DNA of 64,000 bases from an uncultured delta proteobacterium (GCA_963808235.1 CAWEEQ010000004.1:416001-480000); one strand, 5' to 3'. Shown: positions 37,243 through 47,380, counted from the stretch's first letter. The notes: a model not told the origin generated them from the letters alone. Numbers and translations: made by a program.

Positions 37243-38562
37243 ATGCTGGATGGGTTTTCAAACGCCTCGCGCATCCCGGAATTGCGCCGCCGGCTGCTGT
37301 TCACGGCCGCGATGCTGGCCGTGTATCGGATCGGCGTCGCCGTGCCTACCCCGGGGATCGACGGGCAGGCGCTGCAGTCGTTCTTCGACGCCGCCAGCGG
37401 CACGCTCTTCGGCTGGGTTAATCTCTTCTCGGGCGGCGCGCTCCAGCAATTTTCGGTCCTCGCACTCGGCATCATGCCGTACATCTCGGTCGCGATCGTC
37501 CTCGATCTGCTGAAGATCGCGTCGCCATATCTCGACGAACTCTACAAGGAAGGCGAGGCCGGCCGCCGCAAGATAACGCAATACACCCGCTATGGCACCG
37601 TGCTTCTCGCGCTCTTCCAGGGCACGATGATCGCGTATCTCGCTCGAACAAATTCAGTCGCCCGGCGGCGGCAGTATCGTTTACAATCCGGGCCCCGGCT
37701 TTATCGTGATGACCGTGCTGACCGTCACTGCGGGCACCATGTTCCTGATGTGGATCGGCGAGCAGATCACCGAACGCGGTATCGGCAACGGTATATCGCT
37801 GATCATCATGGCGGGAATCGTGGCGCGCCTGCCGAGCGCGATCAGCACCACGGCGCAGTTCGTGCGCGAGGGCGAAATGAGCGTCTTCCTGCTCATCTTC
37901 ATTCTCGCGATCGCTGCCGCCGTTATCGCCGGGATCGTCTATATCGAGACCGCGCAGCGCCGTATCCCGATTCAGTACGCCCGGCGCGTGGTCGGACGCC
38001 GCGTCTACGGCGGGCAGAGTTCGCATCTGCCGCTCAAGATTAATACCTCGGGCGTTATTCCGCCGATTTTCGCGTCGGCGCTGCTGGTCTTCCCGGCGAC
38101 GCTCGCGACCTTCGTTCCATTTTTGAAACCGTACTCGAGCTATTTGACCCCCGGCGGCTTCTACTACGATCTGGTTTACGTCGCCCTGATCGTGTTCTTC
38201 TGTTACTTCTACACCTCCGTGACATTCAATCCGGTCGACGTCGCCGACAATCTGAAAAAGTACGGCGGCTTTATCCCGGGAATCCGGCCCGGACGTTTCA
38301 CCGCTGACTATATCGATCGCGTGCTGTCGCGGATCACGCTCGGCGGTGCGATTTACGTGAGTGCCGTATGCGTCCTGCCGACGATCCTGATTGCGCGCTT
38401 CAACGTGCCGTTTTTCTTCGGCGGAACCGCGCTGCTGATCGTGGTCGGCGTCGCAATAGACACGGTCGCGCAAATTGAAACTCATCTGCTGACCCGCAAC
38501 TACGAAGGCTTCATGCGCCGCGGACGGGTAGCAGAGACCGTCGCGGACCCGCAGGACCGTAA
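37243..38562 (+). CDS. secY: Preprotein translocase SecY (indels near 37636 and 38527)
   Basis: [43 protein letters not shown]; true stop inferred. Confidence 0.93.
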
Positions 38563-38620
38563 GGAAGAAGGAGCAAAGGCAAAGACCTGCAGAGCGATCC
38601 GGAAACAGGGGCGCTTAAGC

Positions 38621-39301
38621 GTGCGGCTGGTTCTGCTCGGCCCGCCCGGCGCGGGCAAGGGAACGCAGGCGCGAGCGCTCGGCGCATTATGGAATGTTCC
38701 GCAGATAGCCAGCGGCGATTTGCTGCGCGCCGCGGTGCGGGAAGGTACCGAACTCGGACGCGAGGCGACTCGATATATGGATCGCGGGCAACTGGTGCCC
38801 GATGAACTCGTGTTGAAGCTCGTCGCGGAGCGCCTTGGCCGCAAAGACGCGCGCGCCGGATTTATCCTCGACGGATTCCCGCGCAACGTCGCACAGGCCG
38901 AGACGCTTGCCAGGATGCTCGAGGCGAATGGATCGAAGCTCGATAAAGTCGTCGCGGTGATCGTGCCGGACGAGGAGATCGTGAAACGGATTTCGGGACG
39001 CCGCACCTGTAAGAAATGCGCCGCGATGTATCACGCGATTTTCGAGCCGCCGAAAAAGGCCGGCGTATGCGACAAGTGCGGCGGCGAGCTTTACCAGCGC
39101 GAGGACGACGCCGAGGAGACTGTGCGCGAGCGCCTGAAGGTGTTCGCAGCCGCCACTCGTCCGTTGCTCGATTATTACGGGCGGCTCGCGATGCTCTCCC
39201 AGGTCGACGGAGTGGGACGCACCGACGAAGTCGAAAAGCGGATTCTGAACGCGGTCGGAACTAAGGTTCGCCCGAAGGTCGCCAGTGATTGGAATGATTA
39301 A
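38621..39301 (+). CDS. adk: Adenylate kinase (zinc-lid type)
   Basis: [15 protein letters not shown], lid CKKC...CDKC; GTG start. Confidence 0.96.
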   Translation: MRLVLLGPPGAGKGTQARALGALWNVPQIASGDLLRAAVREGTELGREATRYMDRGQLVPDELVLKLVAERLGRKDARAGFILDGFPRNVAQAETLARMLEANGSKLDKVVAVIVPDEEIVKRISGRRTCKKCAAMYHAIFEPPKKAGVCDKCGGELYQREDDAEETVRERLKVFAAATRPLLDYYGRLAMLSQVDGVGRTDEVEKRILNAVGTKVRPKVASDWND

Positions 39302-40065
39302 TTTAAAAACTCCGGCCGAAATAGCCGTGATGCGCAAGGCGAGCCGCATCGTCGCCGAGATTCTCGAGGAGCTTGCCGCCGCGATTCGCCCCGGTATCAC
39401 CACTGAGGAGCTCGATCGGCTGGCCGAGGAAGCTACTTATCGCAAGGGCGCCAAGCCGGCCTTCAAGGGCTACAAGCCCGGCGACGTCGTCTATCCGAAA
39501 TGCCTGTGCGTGTCCGTAAATAATGAGATTGTCCATGGCATTCCGTCGAGTCGAAAATTGAAAAGCGGAGATATCGTCGGCCTCGATTTCGGAGTCGTTT
39601 ACGAAGGATTCTTCGGCGACTCGGCGCGGACCGTCGCGGTCGGACCCGTTCCCGAGCACGTCCAGAAACTGCTCAAGGTGACGCGCGACTCGCTATACGC
39701 GGGAATCGCGCAGGCTCGCGGCCGGCAACCGTATCAGCGATATCGCACGAGCGGTGCAGGCTACGGTCGAAGGCGCGGGATTTTCGGTCGTCACCGACTT
39801 TGCCGGTCACGGAATCGGCCGCCGTCTCCATGAAGATCCCCAGGTGCCGAACTATTTCCGGTTCGGGATGCCCAATCCCCGTCTTCGGGAGGGGATGGCG
39901 CTGGCGATTGAGCCGATGGTTAACGAGGGTAGCCCCGATTTGGAGATACTTTCCGACGGCTGGACTGCGGTGACGGCGGACGGTAAACTATCTGCCCACT
40001 TCGAACATTCCATCGCGATTACCTCCAACGGGCCAGAAATCCTGAGCGAGCTCGAAAATGTCTAA
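39294..40065 (+). CDS. map: Methionine aminopeptidase type I (+1 indel at about 39720)
   Basis: [17 protein letters not shown]; second frame GHGIG..HEDP, AIEPM, SAHFEH. Confidence 0.94.
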
Positions 40066-40276
40066 GGGCGACGCGATCGAAGTACAAGGGACGGTGCAGG
40101 AAGCGCTGCCCAATGCGGTGTTCAGAGTGACGCTCGACAACGGGCATAAGGTGTTGGCCCATATCTCGGGCAAGATGCGGATGCATTACATAAAGATTCT
40201 GGCCGGCGACAAGGTCACCGTTGAATTGTCCCCATACGATCTGACTCGCGGCCGGATTACGTACCGGATGCGCTAG
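40058..40276 (+). CDS. infA: Translation initiation factor IF-1
   Basis: [16 protein letters not shown]. Confidence 0.98.
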   Translation: MSKGDAIEVQGTVQEALPNAVFRVTLDNGHKVLAHISGKMRMHYIKILAGDKVTVELSPYDLTRGRITYRMR

Positions 40277-40306
40277 GGAACGCGCCCCGGATAGAGATTG
40301 CGAAGT

Positions 40307-40420
40307 ATGAAAGTCAGAGCGTCGGTAAAAAAGATTTGTAAGAACTGCAAGGTGGTGCGCCGCCAAGGCGTCGTGCGCATCCTATGCTCCAACCCGCGGC
40401 ACAAGCAGCGCCAGGGTTAG
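40307..40420 (+). CDS. rpmJ: 50S ribosomal protein L36; not in the ORF track
   Basis: Manual translation [37 protein letters not shown]. Confidence 0.97.
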   Translation: MKVRASVKKICKNCKVVRRQGVVRILCSNPRHKQRQG

Positions 40421-40445
40421 GATAGTTCCAGGAAGGGTTTTCGCG

Positions 40446-40829
40446 ATGGCACGCATAGCTGGAGTCGAACTGCCGAAGAACAAGCGGATGGATATCGCGC
40501 TGACCTATATCTACGGAATAGGCCGGCCCGGCGCGCTCAAAATTCTCAAAGCCGCCAATGTCGATCCGGCAATCAAGACCGACGACTTGTCGGCCGACCA
40601 GCAGGTTCACATCCGCCAGGTGATCGACACCGACTTCGAAGTCGAAGGCGACCTGCGCCGCGATTTTCAGCAGGCGATCAAACGCCTGATGGATCTCGGA
40701 TGCTACCGCGGCATACGCCATCGCCGCGGACTTCCGGTCCGTGGCCAGCGAACCCATACCAACGCGCGTACTCGAAAAGGTCCGCGCAAAGTCGTCGCCG
40801 GCAAGAAGACCGCGCCGCCAAAGGGATAG
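40446..40829 (+). CDS. rpsM: 30S ribosomal protein S13
   Basis: [25 protein letters not shown]. Confidence 0.99.
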   Translation: MARIAGVELPKNKRMDIALTYIYGIGRPGALKILKAANVDPAIKTDDLSADQQVHIRQVIDTDFEVEGDLRRDFQQAIKRLMDLGCYRGIRHRRGLPVRGQRTHTNARTRKGPRKVVAGKKTAPPKG

Positions 40830-40969
40830 CGTATAGAACGCGGGCGGGAAGGGAAATTTTCGCCCGACGATAGGCACTGAAAGCGGATTCACTGAAAAAA
40901 GCGATAAAACGCGGACAGCTAAGGAAATTTTAAGCATGCTGTCGCCAACCAAGCGGATTCACTTAAAAG
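40828..40969 (+). repeat. Degenerate tandem duplication (two ~70-nt units), each with a hairpin
   Basis: AAGCGGATTCACT at 40881 and 40951; GGAAATTTT at 40852 and 40923; AACGCGG in both units. Confidence 0.7.
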
Positions 40970-41458
40970 ATGGCTGAAGAAACCAAAGAGACCGAAGTTA
41001 AAGAGACCAAGGCTGCGCCGGAAAAGAAGGCCGCCGCCGCGGCACCTGCAGCGGCAGGCGCCGCAGCCGGAGCGCCCGCACCTGCGCCGCGCCGCAAGAA
41101 GGTGCGCCGCAACGTGCCCGAAGGCGTCGCGCATGTTCATGCGACCTTCAACAACACGATCGTCACGATAACCGATCAGCAGGGCACCGTGATCGCGTGG
41201 TCGAGCGCAGGCTCGGTCGGCTTCAAGGGATCGCGCAAGGGCACCCCGTATGCGGCCCAGATGGCGGCGGAGGCATGCGCGCGCAAATGCTCGGAAGTCG
41301 GGATGCGCGCGGTGGTCGTTCACGTCAAAGGTCCCGGCGGTGGACGCGAATCGGCAGTGCGTGCTCTGCAAGCGACAGGACTCGGTGTGATCTCGATAAA
41401 AGACGTGACACCGATTCCGCATAACGGATGCCGTCCGCCAAAGCGGCGCCGAGTCTGA
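40970..41458 (+). CDS. rpsK: 30S ribosomal protein S11 (long N-terminal extension)
   Basis: [24 protein letters not shown]. Confidence 0.98.
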   Translation: MAEETKETEVKETKAAPEKKAAAAAPAAAGAAAGAPAPAPRRKKVRRNVPEGVAHVHATFNNTIVTITDQQGTVIAWSSAGSVGFKGSRKGTPYAAQMAAEACARKCSEVGMRAVVVHVKGPGGGRESAVRALQATGLGVISIKDVTPIPHNGCRPPKRRRV

Positions 41459-41491
41459 CAATCCGGCCACTGAAAAAGGCGTAAAGATACA

Positions 41492-42118
41492 ATGGCAAGA
41501 AACTTAGGGCCGGTATGCCGGCTATGTCGGCGCGAGGGACTGAAACTCTTCCTTAAGGGAGAGCGATGCTACAGCGACAAGTGCGCTATCGAGCGGCGCA
41601 ATTATCCGCCCGGCGCGCACGGACAGGCGCGCACGCGTTTCTCTGAATTCGCGATTCGGCTCCGCGAAAAGCAGAAGGTCAAACGCATTTACGGCCTGAT
41701 GGAAGCGCAGTTCTCCGCGTACTTCGAGACGGCGGAGCGGATGGACGGGATTACCGGCGAGAACCTGCTCGTGCTGCTCGAGCGCCGGCTCGACAACGTA
41801 GTGTACAGGCTCGGCTTCGCGAGTTCGCTCGCGCAGGCGCGCCAGGTCGTTCGCCACGGGCATATTCATTTGAACGGAAAAAAAGTCACGATTCCCTCGA
41901 CCCTGGTCGAGGTTGGCGGCGTTATCAGCGTCGCCGAGGCGAGCCGCACCAAGAAGGTGATCGTCGAGGCGATCGAGATGGCGCAGCGGCGCGGCGTACC
42001 GCCGTGGATGGCTCTCGAACGCGAACAATTCCGCGGCTCGATGCGCTCGCTGCCGCAGCGCGCTGAACTCACGATGCCGATCAGCGAGAAGCTGATCGTC
42101 GAGCATTACTCCAGGTAA
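41492..42118 (+). CDS. rpsD: 30S ribosomal protein S4
   Basis: [25 protein letters not shown]. Confidence 0.98.
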   Translation: MARNLGPVCRLCRREGLKLFLKGERCYSDKCAIERRNYPPGAHGQARTRFSEFAIRLREKQKVKRIYGLMEAQFSAYFETAERMDGITGENLLVLLERRLDNVVYRLGFASSLAQARQVVRHGHIHLNGKKVTIPSTLVEVGGVISVAEASRTKKVIVEAIEMAQRRGVPPWMALEREQFRGSMRSLPQRAELTMPISEKLIVEHYSR

Positions 42119-42201
42119 ACGGAGGCAACCGATCGGCGTCCCGGTCCGTGGTGGGCCTGCGTGGGCGCGAGAAAATCCAATCGGAAACAAGAGCACAGCT
42201 T

Positions 42202-43230
42202 ATGCAGAATGACTGGCGAGATCTGATTAAACCCAAGACTGTCGAGTTCGACGAGAAGGAAGTCACTCCTTCCTACGGCAAGTTTTCCGCGGAGCCGCTC
42301 GAACGCGGCTACGGAATCACCGTTGGCAACGCGCTCCGGCGCATCCTGCTATCCACGCTGCCCGGCTATGCGATCACGGCGGTGCGGATCAAGAATGTCC
42401 TCCACGAGTTTTCCACGCTCGCGGGCGTCAAGGAGGACGTGACCGATATCGTCCTCAACTTGAAGGAAATCCGGCTCCGCCTCCATGAGGGCGAGCAGAT
42501 TACCGCGACGCTTAAAGTGAAGGGCGAAGCGCAGGTCACCGCGCGCGATATCACCGGCGGACCCAGCCTCGAAGTGCTGACCCCCGACAAGCATATCGCG
42601 TCGCTCGACAAGGGCGCCGAACTCGACATGGAACTCGTCATCAAGCGCGGCCGTGGATACGTGCCCGGCGAGCGCACCGAGGACGAGGAAGCCATCGGCA
42701 CGATTCGCCTCGACGCGATCTTTTCGCCGATTCGCAAGGTCAACTTCACCGTGACCAACGCGCGCGTCGGCCAGCGCACGGACTACGATCGCCTTGCGCT
42801 CGAAATATGGACCGACGGCTCGATCAATCCGCGTGAGGCGCTGACCTATGCGGCGCGCGTGATGCGCGATCAGATGACGATTTTCGCGGGCGTCGAAGAA
42901 GAAGCCGAAGTCCCCGCAGGTGCTGCCGAGGGCGGCGATGTGCGTCCGAGCCTAAGCGAGCTCCTCTACCGTCCGGTCGAGGGCCTGCCGATCTCGGTGC
43001 GCGCATTCAACGGCCTCCAGAATGCCGACATCAAGTATATCGGCGAACTGGTCCAGCGCACCGAGCAGGACATGCTGAAGATCAAGAACTTCGGCCGCAA
43101 ATCGCTGAACGAGATCAAGGAAGTCCTGGCCGACATGGGCCTCTCGCTCGGGATGCGCCTGGAGAATCTCCCCCCACGCGGCGAACTGGACCGCATGTGG
43201 GAAGAACAAGAACGCCGCGAGTCCGCTTAG
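42202..43230 (+). CDS. rpoA: RNA polymerase alpha subunit
   Basis: EPLERGYG.T.GNALRR, NFGRKSLNEI. Confidence 0.98.
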   Translation: MQNDWRDLIKPKTVEFDEKEVTPSYGKFSAEPLERGYGITVGNALRRILLSTLPGYAITAVRIKNVLHEFSTLAGVKEDVTDIVLNLKEIRLRLHEGEQITATLKVKGEAQVTARDITGGPSLEVLTPDKHIASLDKGAELDMELVIKRGRGYVPGERTEDEEAIGTIRLDAIFSPIRKVNFTVTNARVGQRTDYDRLALEIWTDGSINPREALTYAARVMRDQMTIFAGVEEEAEVPAGAAEGGDVRPSLSELLYRPVEGLPISVRAFNGLQNADIKYIGELVQRTEQDMLKIKNFGRKSLNEIKEVLADMGLSLGMRLENLPPRGELDRMWEEQERRESA

Positions 43231-43428
43231 GGGTTAGGTACCTGAGCGGAAGCGAATGGACCCGGGTGTTTCCCGTCTTTGTGTCATCCTGAGCGAAGCG
43301 AAGGAACCTGGATCTTTCTCGGCGCGAACGGATGCAGTAACGAAATATTCGCCATCGCCTCCTGACCGCGCGATTGTTCCCCACTCGCCGGGGGCGATTC
43401 CCTCGAGGGAAGGGGTTAGGGGTTAGGT
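43227..43428. repeat. REP/MITE-like mosaic bounded by the 13-bp direct repeat TTAGGGGTTAGGT
   Basis: Direct repeats at 43227-43239 and 43416-43428; internal TGTCATCCTGAGCGAAGCGAAGGA (43282-43305) and a degenerate copy at 43241-43263. Confidence 0.65.
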
Positions 43429-43494
43429 TGGGATTGGTCAGGTGAGTGTCCCTCAACGGTTAGAGAAGGTGGAAAGTCTGGAGAATTAAAGCCG

Positions 43495-43944
43495 ATGCGT
43501 CATCTAAACTCGGGCCGCAAGCTCAATCGCACCTCCGCGCATCGCAAAGCGCTGTTCAAGAACATGGTCCTGGCCCTGATTCGTCACGAGCGAATCAAAA
43601 CCACCGATCCGAAAGCCAAGGAACTCCGCCGAATCGCCGATCGGATGGTCACCTTGGGCAAGCAGGGCGATCTCGCCGCCCGCCGCCGCGCATTCGCCTT
43701 CATGCAATCGCATGACGCGGTAAAAAAACTCTTCGACGAAATCGCCCCCCGCTTCAAAGAACGCCAGGGCGGCTACACGAGAGTGATAAAATTCGGCCAC
43801 CGAAGAGGCGACGCCGCGATGCTCTCGATAATCGAATTCACCGGCACCGAAGAAGAGACGAAATCCAAAAAACCAAAAAAACGCCCCCGCAAAGACACCA
43901 CTCCCGCAGAAACCCCCCGTAGAGCCCGAGCCGCCGCCGGCTGA
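43495..43944 (+). CDS. rplQ: 50S ribosomal protein L17
   Basis: MRH..SGRKLNR.SAHR, IKTT, GGYTR, RRGDAA. Confidence 0.98.
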   Translation: MRHLNSGRKLNRTSAHRKALFKNMVLALIRHERIKTTDPKAKELRRIADRMVTLGKQGDLAARRRAFAFMQSHDAVKKLFDEIAPRFKERQGGYTRVIKFGHRRGDAAMLSIIEFTGTEEETKSKKPKKRPRKDTTPAETPRRARAAAG

Positions 43945-43970
43945 TCTGCGTCTCCTCAAGAACAGACCTC

Positions 43971-44009
43971 AAAGGCACGAAGAATAAATCTTCGTGCCTT
44001 TTCCTTTCT
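43971..44009 (+). terminator. Rho-independent terminator of the alpha operon
   Basis: AAAGGCACGAAGA-ATAAA-TCTTCGTGCCTTT followed by TCCTTTCT. Confidence 0.85.
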
Positions 44010-44021
44010 GTCCCGCCGGAC

Positions 44022-47000
44022 GTGAGCTCGCGCGCAGACATCTCTGCCTTACCGACCGACCTAGCGAGCCTTCGATTGGCTGGTGCGGAGACTAACCAAA
44101 CCGTGGTTCAGTCACCCATCGTTCTCGAGACCACGGATGCAATTCGGCGTTTGGTAGAACACTCTCGACCAGAGTCCTCTCCTGTGGCCGGAACTCTCGG
44201 CTATGCAGCAACGGCTCGACTAGTCGACAAGGATCTGTTGATTAGGTCTCGGGTACCTGAGATCAGCTGCACAATCGAAGAAAGCTTCTGGATCGCTGCG
44301 AGCCAAGCACTAAGCGAAGATACAGGTCTGGCATTCGATCGAAACGATGCTGGAAGAATAGGCGACTTAGAATTACTGGACTTTCCGTCAGGCGATGTTT
44401 ACGGACGGTCATCAGTTGAATGGGCGCCGATTGTCACGCGACAAACATCAACTGCCGGGACGGTCGTCAAAACCGATTGTAGAGCGGTCGAAGTCCGCGT
44501 CACGAAGTCCGCTTCGAATGCTTTCGCCGCCGCCTCTTCGGTCTACATTAGATGCGAAATCCGCAGTGACAATGAAATTATTTCCGATGATATTCGCGAG
44601 GTTTCCTTTGACGGCGACCGCATAGTGCAGAAGTTCGATGCCCCTGAGCAGATTTGTAAGGTTGGCATTTCTGTTTGGGCCGTGAGCGAGGATCGGGGCA
44701 CGCTGGTTTATCAAGAACATGGTACGCTCGTCCGACAAATCGTCTCTAACTTTGGTGTAGTCGGCGCGGTCGGTAGACTGCAAGGAGGGTGGTCGAACCA
44801 TATCAATCCCAAGGGAGCCGAGGGCCGCGTCGCAGAGGCAGAATCGTTCAAACGCATTCACTATGAGCGCCGCGATATTGGAAGCTACGAAAACGATTCG
44901 TGGGTGCCGGCGGCTCGAAAGCAGCGGGAAAAAATGCTGCGATTGCGCCCCGATGTATCAGGTGCGCGCTTCTTTCCGATCGGTTGGGAACCTGAATTTG
45001 CGACTTGGCTCAAAGAACTTACCTCGGTAGTCGACATCGAGCGAGTGCTCCTAGTCGATCCGTACTTTGATTCGGCTGGGCTCATCTCGCTGATCGCGCG
45101 CGCTGGAGTTCAGAACGCGAAATACTCGGTTCTGACGGCGTTCAATCACCGCCCCAAAGGCGGCAAGGTGAGTCGCCCGCGCCTGATAGAACGGTGCGAG
45201 CAGTTGCGCGCCGTGTTGCCGACTTACTTTCGCATCGAGGAAATTGGCCCCTCAGGGGCTGGCGACGACGCACTGATTCATGATCGGTACCTGATGCTTT
45301 GGAACCGAGCTGGAGAAGTTGTTCGAGCATTCAGTCTTACCAACTCACTGCAAGGAGCAACGCGTGAGCATCCCATGCTGGCAACGCCCATACCGGCGGA
45401 CGTGCTTCCGAAAGTAGTGTCATATATTCGGGAGATCCAAAGCGGCAAACACCCTCGCGGCACTGCAGTTACCGTAAAGACGCTTTGGGACAAGTACCCC
45501 GCCGAACGCAAGAGGGCCGCCGCGACCGGACCAGATTATCGCGTGATCGCTGAAGTATTGCTCAGCAAACACTTTGATAGCAATTTGTCTGCGCAAGCGG
45601 CTCTGGATGGCGCCGGTATGTGCGACTCGGCGACCAACCAATTCAATCTCGAAGCTGTGAAGCGTCGTCTGATTGGTCCAGAACTAGGAAAGTCCCGCCG
45701 GGTTCGCATGTCAATCAAGCGTTGGTCGGCACTTTCAGAAGTCAGCGTACGCACGGACGAGGAGGCCGGTCTAAGCCTCTTGCACGATGTCGTCGCGACA
45801 GGGAGCTCAGGACTAGATATCGTTGAAGAGGTCATTGTTAGAGCGCCGGTCCGACGGATGCCGTCAGGCACCGCGGATGCTGAAGTTGTGGCTGAAGATT
45901 TGACCATGGCAAGTGCGGTGCTTCATCCGTTTCCCCAGGCACTGAAATACGCAGACTCATTGCTTGATAGGCCATGGGAGTTTCGAGGTTTGTCGGTTTG
46001 GCCGCTGACTCAAGCCGTTAACTACTTGGCAGCAAAGCATCCGAATCGGCTCGTTCGTGCTATGGAGCGGCTCATTGATTGCTATTCGCCGACGCTTCGC
46101 GATGGCGGAGCGACCCCCGCTACGTATCCGGTGGCACGTGCGATTTCAATCGCACTTAGCCACGTTAGTGCATCGTTTTACCGGGCGGCGCGCGAAGCTC
46201 TTGAGACCGCTTTCATCTCAAGCCGAGTTGGGCTTCTTAGGGCCGTCGGTGCGGCGTCCTTGTCAGATCGCTTCATCAATGGACAGACCGTTCATGAGAG
46301 CTGTCTGACGAGCCTCCACCTATCGGTCGATGAACAGGTGTACGCCATGGCCCACATACACAACTCATTGCTATTTCAAAGGCCGAAGGTGGGAGGATCG
46401 TCCTCATCACCGTACGACGCAGCTACGATCGACTCCAAGCTTTCTATTTCTCGGCGCCTGTTGTCTGAGAGCATTCCCCCGAATTTGACGATAGAGAAAT
46501 TGCGTGAACTGGCTCACGCGATCAGCGGAGCTTTCGAAGGGGGCAATGCGATGGAACTCCAACGCCTGTTCGACGACGCCGCAAAGATTGGTACATTGGA
46601 GATCGGGCTCGCGCATCGCCTGTTTTTTCAACTTCTTTGCGATAAACTCTCGCTATTCTTCGCCACGGATAGCCGGCCTAACTTCTATCTTCCGGTTGAT
46701 GGCCCGCTTACGCTCGTCACCGCACAAATCTGCGAATCTGCCAACGCGGAATCTTGCGCGGTCCTCTCTAGCGAGCTAGCTCGGATCGGCGATCAATTGC
46801 TAAATCAATTGAGGGCGCCCTTCCTTCGGTCGAGAAACTATACTTCCTGGAGGAACGCGCGTGATGGTGCGCTCTGGATAGTTGCGTTCACTGACGTACT
46901 TGAGAGTGTATCTGCGGCTGGAGTCGAAGTTCCTGCCAACCTCACCATGTTCCGTTCGGATCTTGAATCGGCTTTGAGGCCATTTCCGGACGAAGAGAGA

Positions 47001-47111
47001 TTTGGTTCTCATATAGATTGGTTCGCAACGTATGTACGACAAGCCCGCGGGAGAATCAGCGCCATAGAGCTTGCCAAGCAGCTTCACCGAACACTGGCAT
47101 CCGCCCACTAG
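44022..47111 (+). CDS. Large VPA1262-like protein with central PLD-like (HDR-type) nuclease domain; start uncertain
   Basis: 1029-aa ORF with atypical codon usage; VLLVDPYFD ... IHDRYL ... FSLTNSL motifs; family name is from recall, not a search. Confidence 0.65.
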   Translation: MSSRADISALPTDLASLRLAGAETNQTVVQSPIVLETTDAIRRLVEHSRPESSPVAGTLGYAATARLVDKDLLIRSRVPEISCTIEESFWIAASQALSEDTGLAFDRNDAGRIGDLELLDFPSGDVYGRSSVEWAPIVTRQTSTAGTVVKTDCRAVEVRVTKSASNAFAAASSVYIRCEIRSDNEIISDDIREVSFDGDRIVQKFDAPEQICKVGISVWAVSEDRGTLVYQEHGTLVRQIVSNFGVVGAVGRLQGGWSNHINPKGAEGRVAEAESFKRIHYERRDIGSYENDSWVPAARKQREKMLRLRPDVSGARFFPIGWEPEFATWLKELTSVVDIERVLLVDPYFDSAGLISLIARAGVQNAKYSVLTAFNHRPKGGKVSRPRLIERCEQLRAVLPTYFRIEEIGPSGAGDDALIHDRYLMLWNRAGEVVRAFSLTNSLQGATREHPMLATPIPADVLPKVVSYIREIQSGKHPRGTAVTVKTLWDKYPAERKRAAATGPDYRVIAEVLLSKHFDSNLSAQAALDGAGMCDSATNQFNLEAVKRRLIGPELGKSRRVRMSIKRWSALSEVSVRTDEEAGLSLLHDVVATGSSGLDIVEEVIVRAPVRRMPSGTADAEVVAEDLTMASAVLHPFPQALKYADSLLDRPWEFRGLSVWPLTQAVNYLAAKHPNRLVRAMERLIDCYSPTLRDGGATPATYPVARAISIALSHVSASFYRAAREALETAFISSRVGLLRAVGAASLSDRFINGQTVHESCLTSLHLSVDEQVYAMAHIHNSLLFQRPKVGGSSSSPYDAATIDSKLSISRRLLSESIPPNLTIEKLRELAHAISGAFEGGNAMELQRLFDDAAKIGTLEIGLAHRLFFQLLCDKLSLFFATDSRPNFYLPVDGPLTLVTAQICESANAESCAVLSSELARIGDQLLNQLRAPFLRSRNYTSWRNARDGALWIVAFTDVLESVSAAGVEVPANLTMFRSDLESALRPFPDEERFGSHIDWFATYVRQARGRISAIELAKQLHRTLASAH

Positions 47112-47151
47112 TCAATTAGCCCGCCTTCAAGAAAGCGACACATCGCCGTCC

Positions 47152-47193
47152 TTAGTTACTCCATGCTGCTATTGCAACCCAATAGTTACTCAC
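47152..47193 (-). pseudogene. Truncated RelE/ParE-like toxin remnant (13 codons)
   Basis: GTG overlapping the antitoxin 3' end gives MSNYWVAIAAWSN*, resembling RelE N-termini; 9-bp direct repeat TAGTTACTC at 47153 and 47183. Confidence 0.35.
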
Positions 47194-47380
47194 GGGCGAG
47201 CTTGCCGCTCTTGATGAGTCCTGCTTTCACCTTATCGAGCGGAATCCGCTTTTCGTGCCGGCGCGACCGCGAGACAAGCACATCCTGGAGGTCTTCCCAT
47301 AGCTCCCGATGCTTTGTCAGGTCGATTTGAACGGCTACCTTGCGGCCCTTCTCATCGGTCAGGTATCGGATTCCGGTCAT
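47186..47380 (-). CDS. Small antitoxin-like protein (64 aa)
   Basis: GGAGG RBS; MTGIRYLTDEKGRKVAVQIDL...LWEDLQD...IPLDKVK resembles small proteins found upstream of RelE/ParE toxins. Confidence 0.65.
   Translation of the reverse strand: MTGIRYLTDEKGRKVAVQIDLTKHRELWEDLQDVLVSRSRRHEKRIPLDKVKAGLIKSGKLARE

Noticed and set aside
37706-39301. Apparent SecY-adenylate kinase fusion ORF (531 aa)
   Set aside because: Adding one base near 38527 gives SecY a normal basic tail and a TAA at 38560-38562. adk has its own GTG start, and the window has many other indels.
43227-43433. Telomere-like TTAGGG array or eukaryotic contamination
   Set aside because: Only a few imperfect units embedded in a bacterial operon; better explained as a dispersed miniature repeat.
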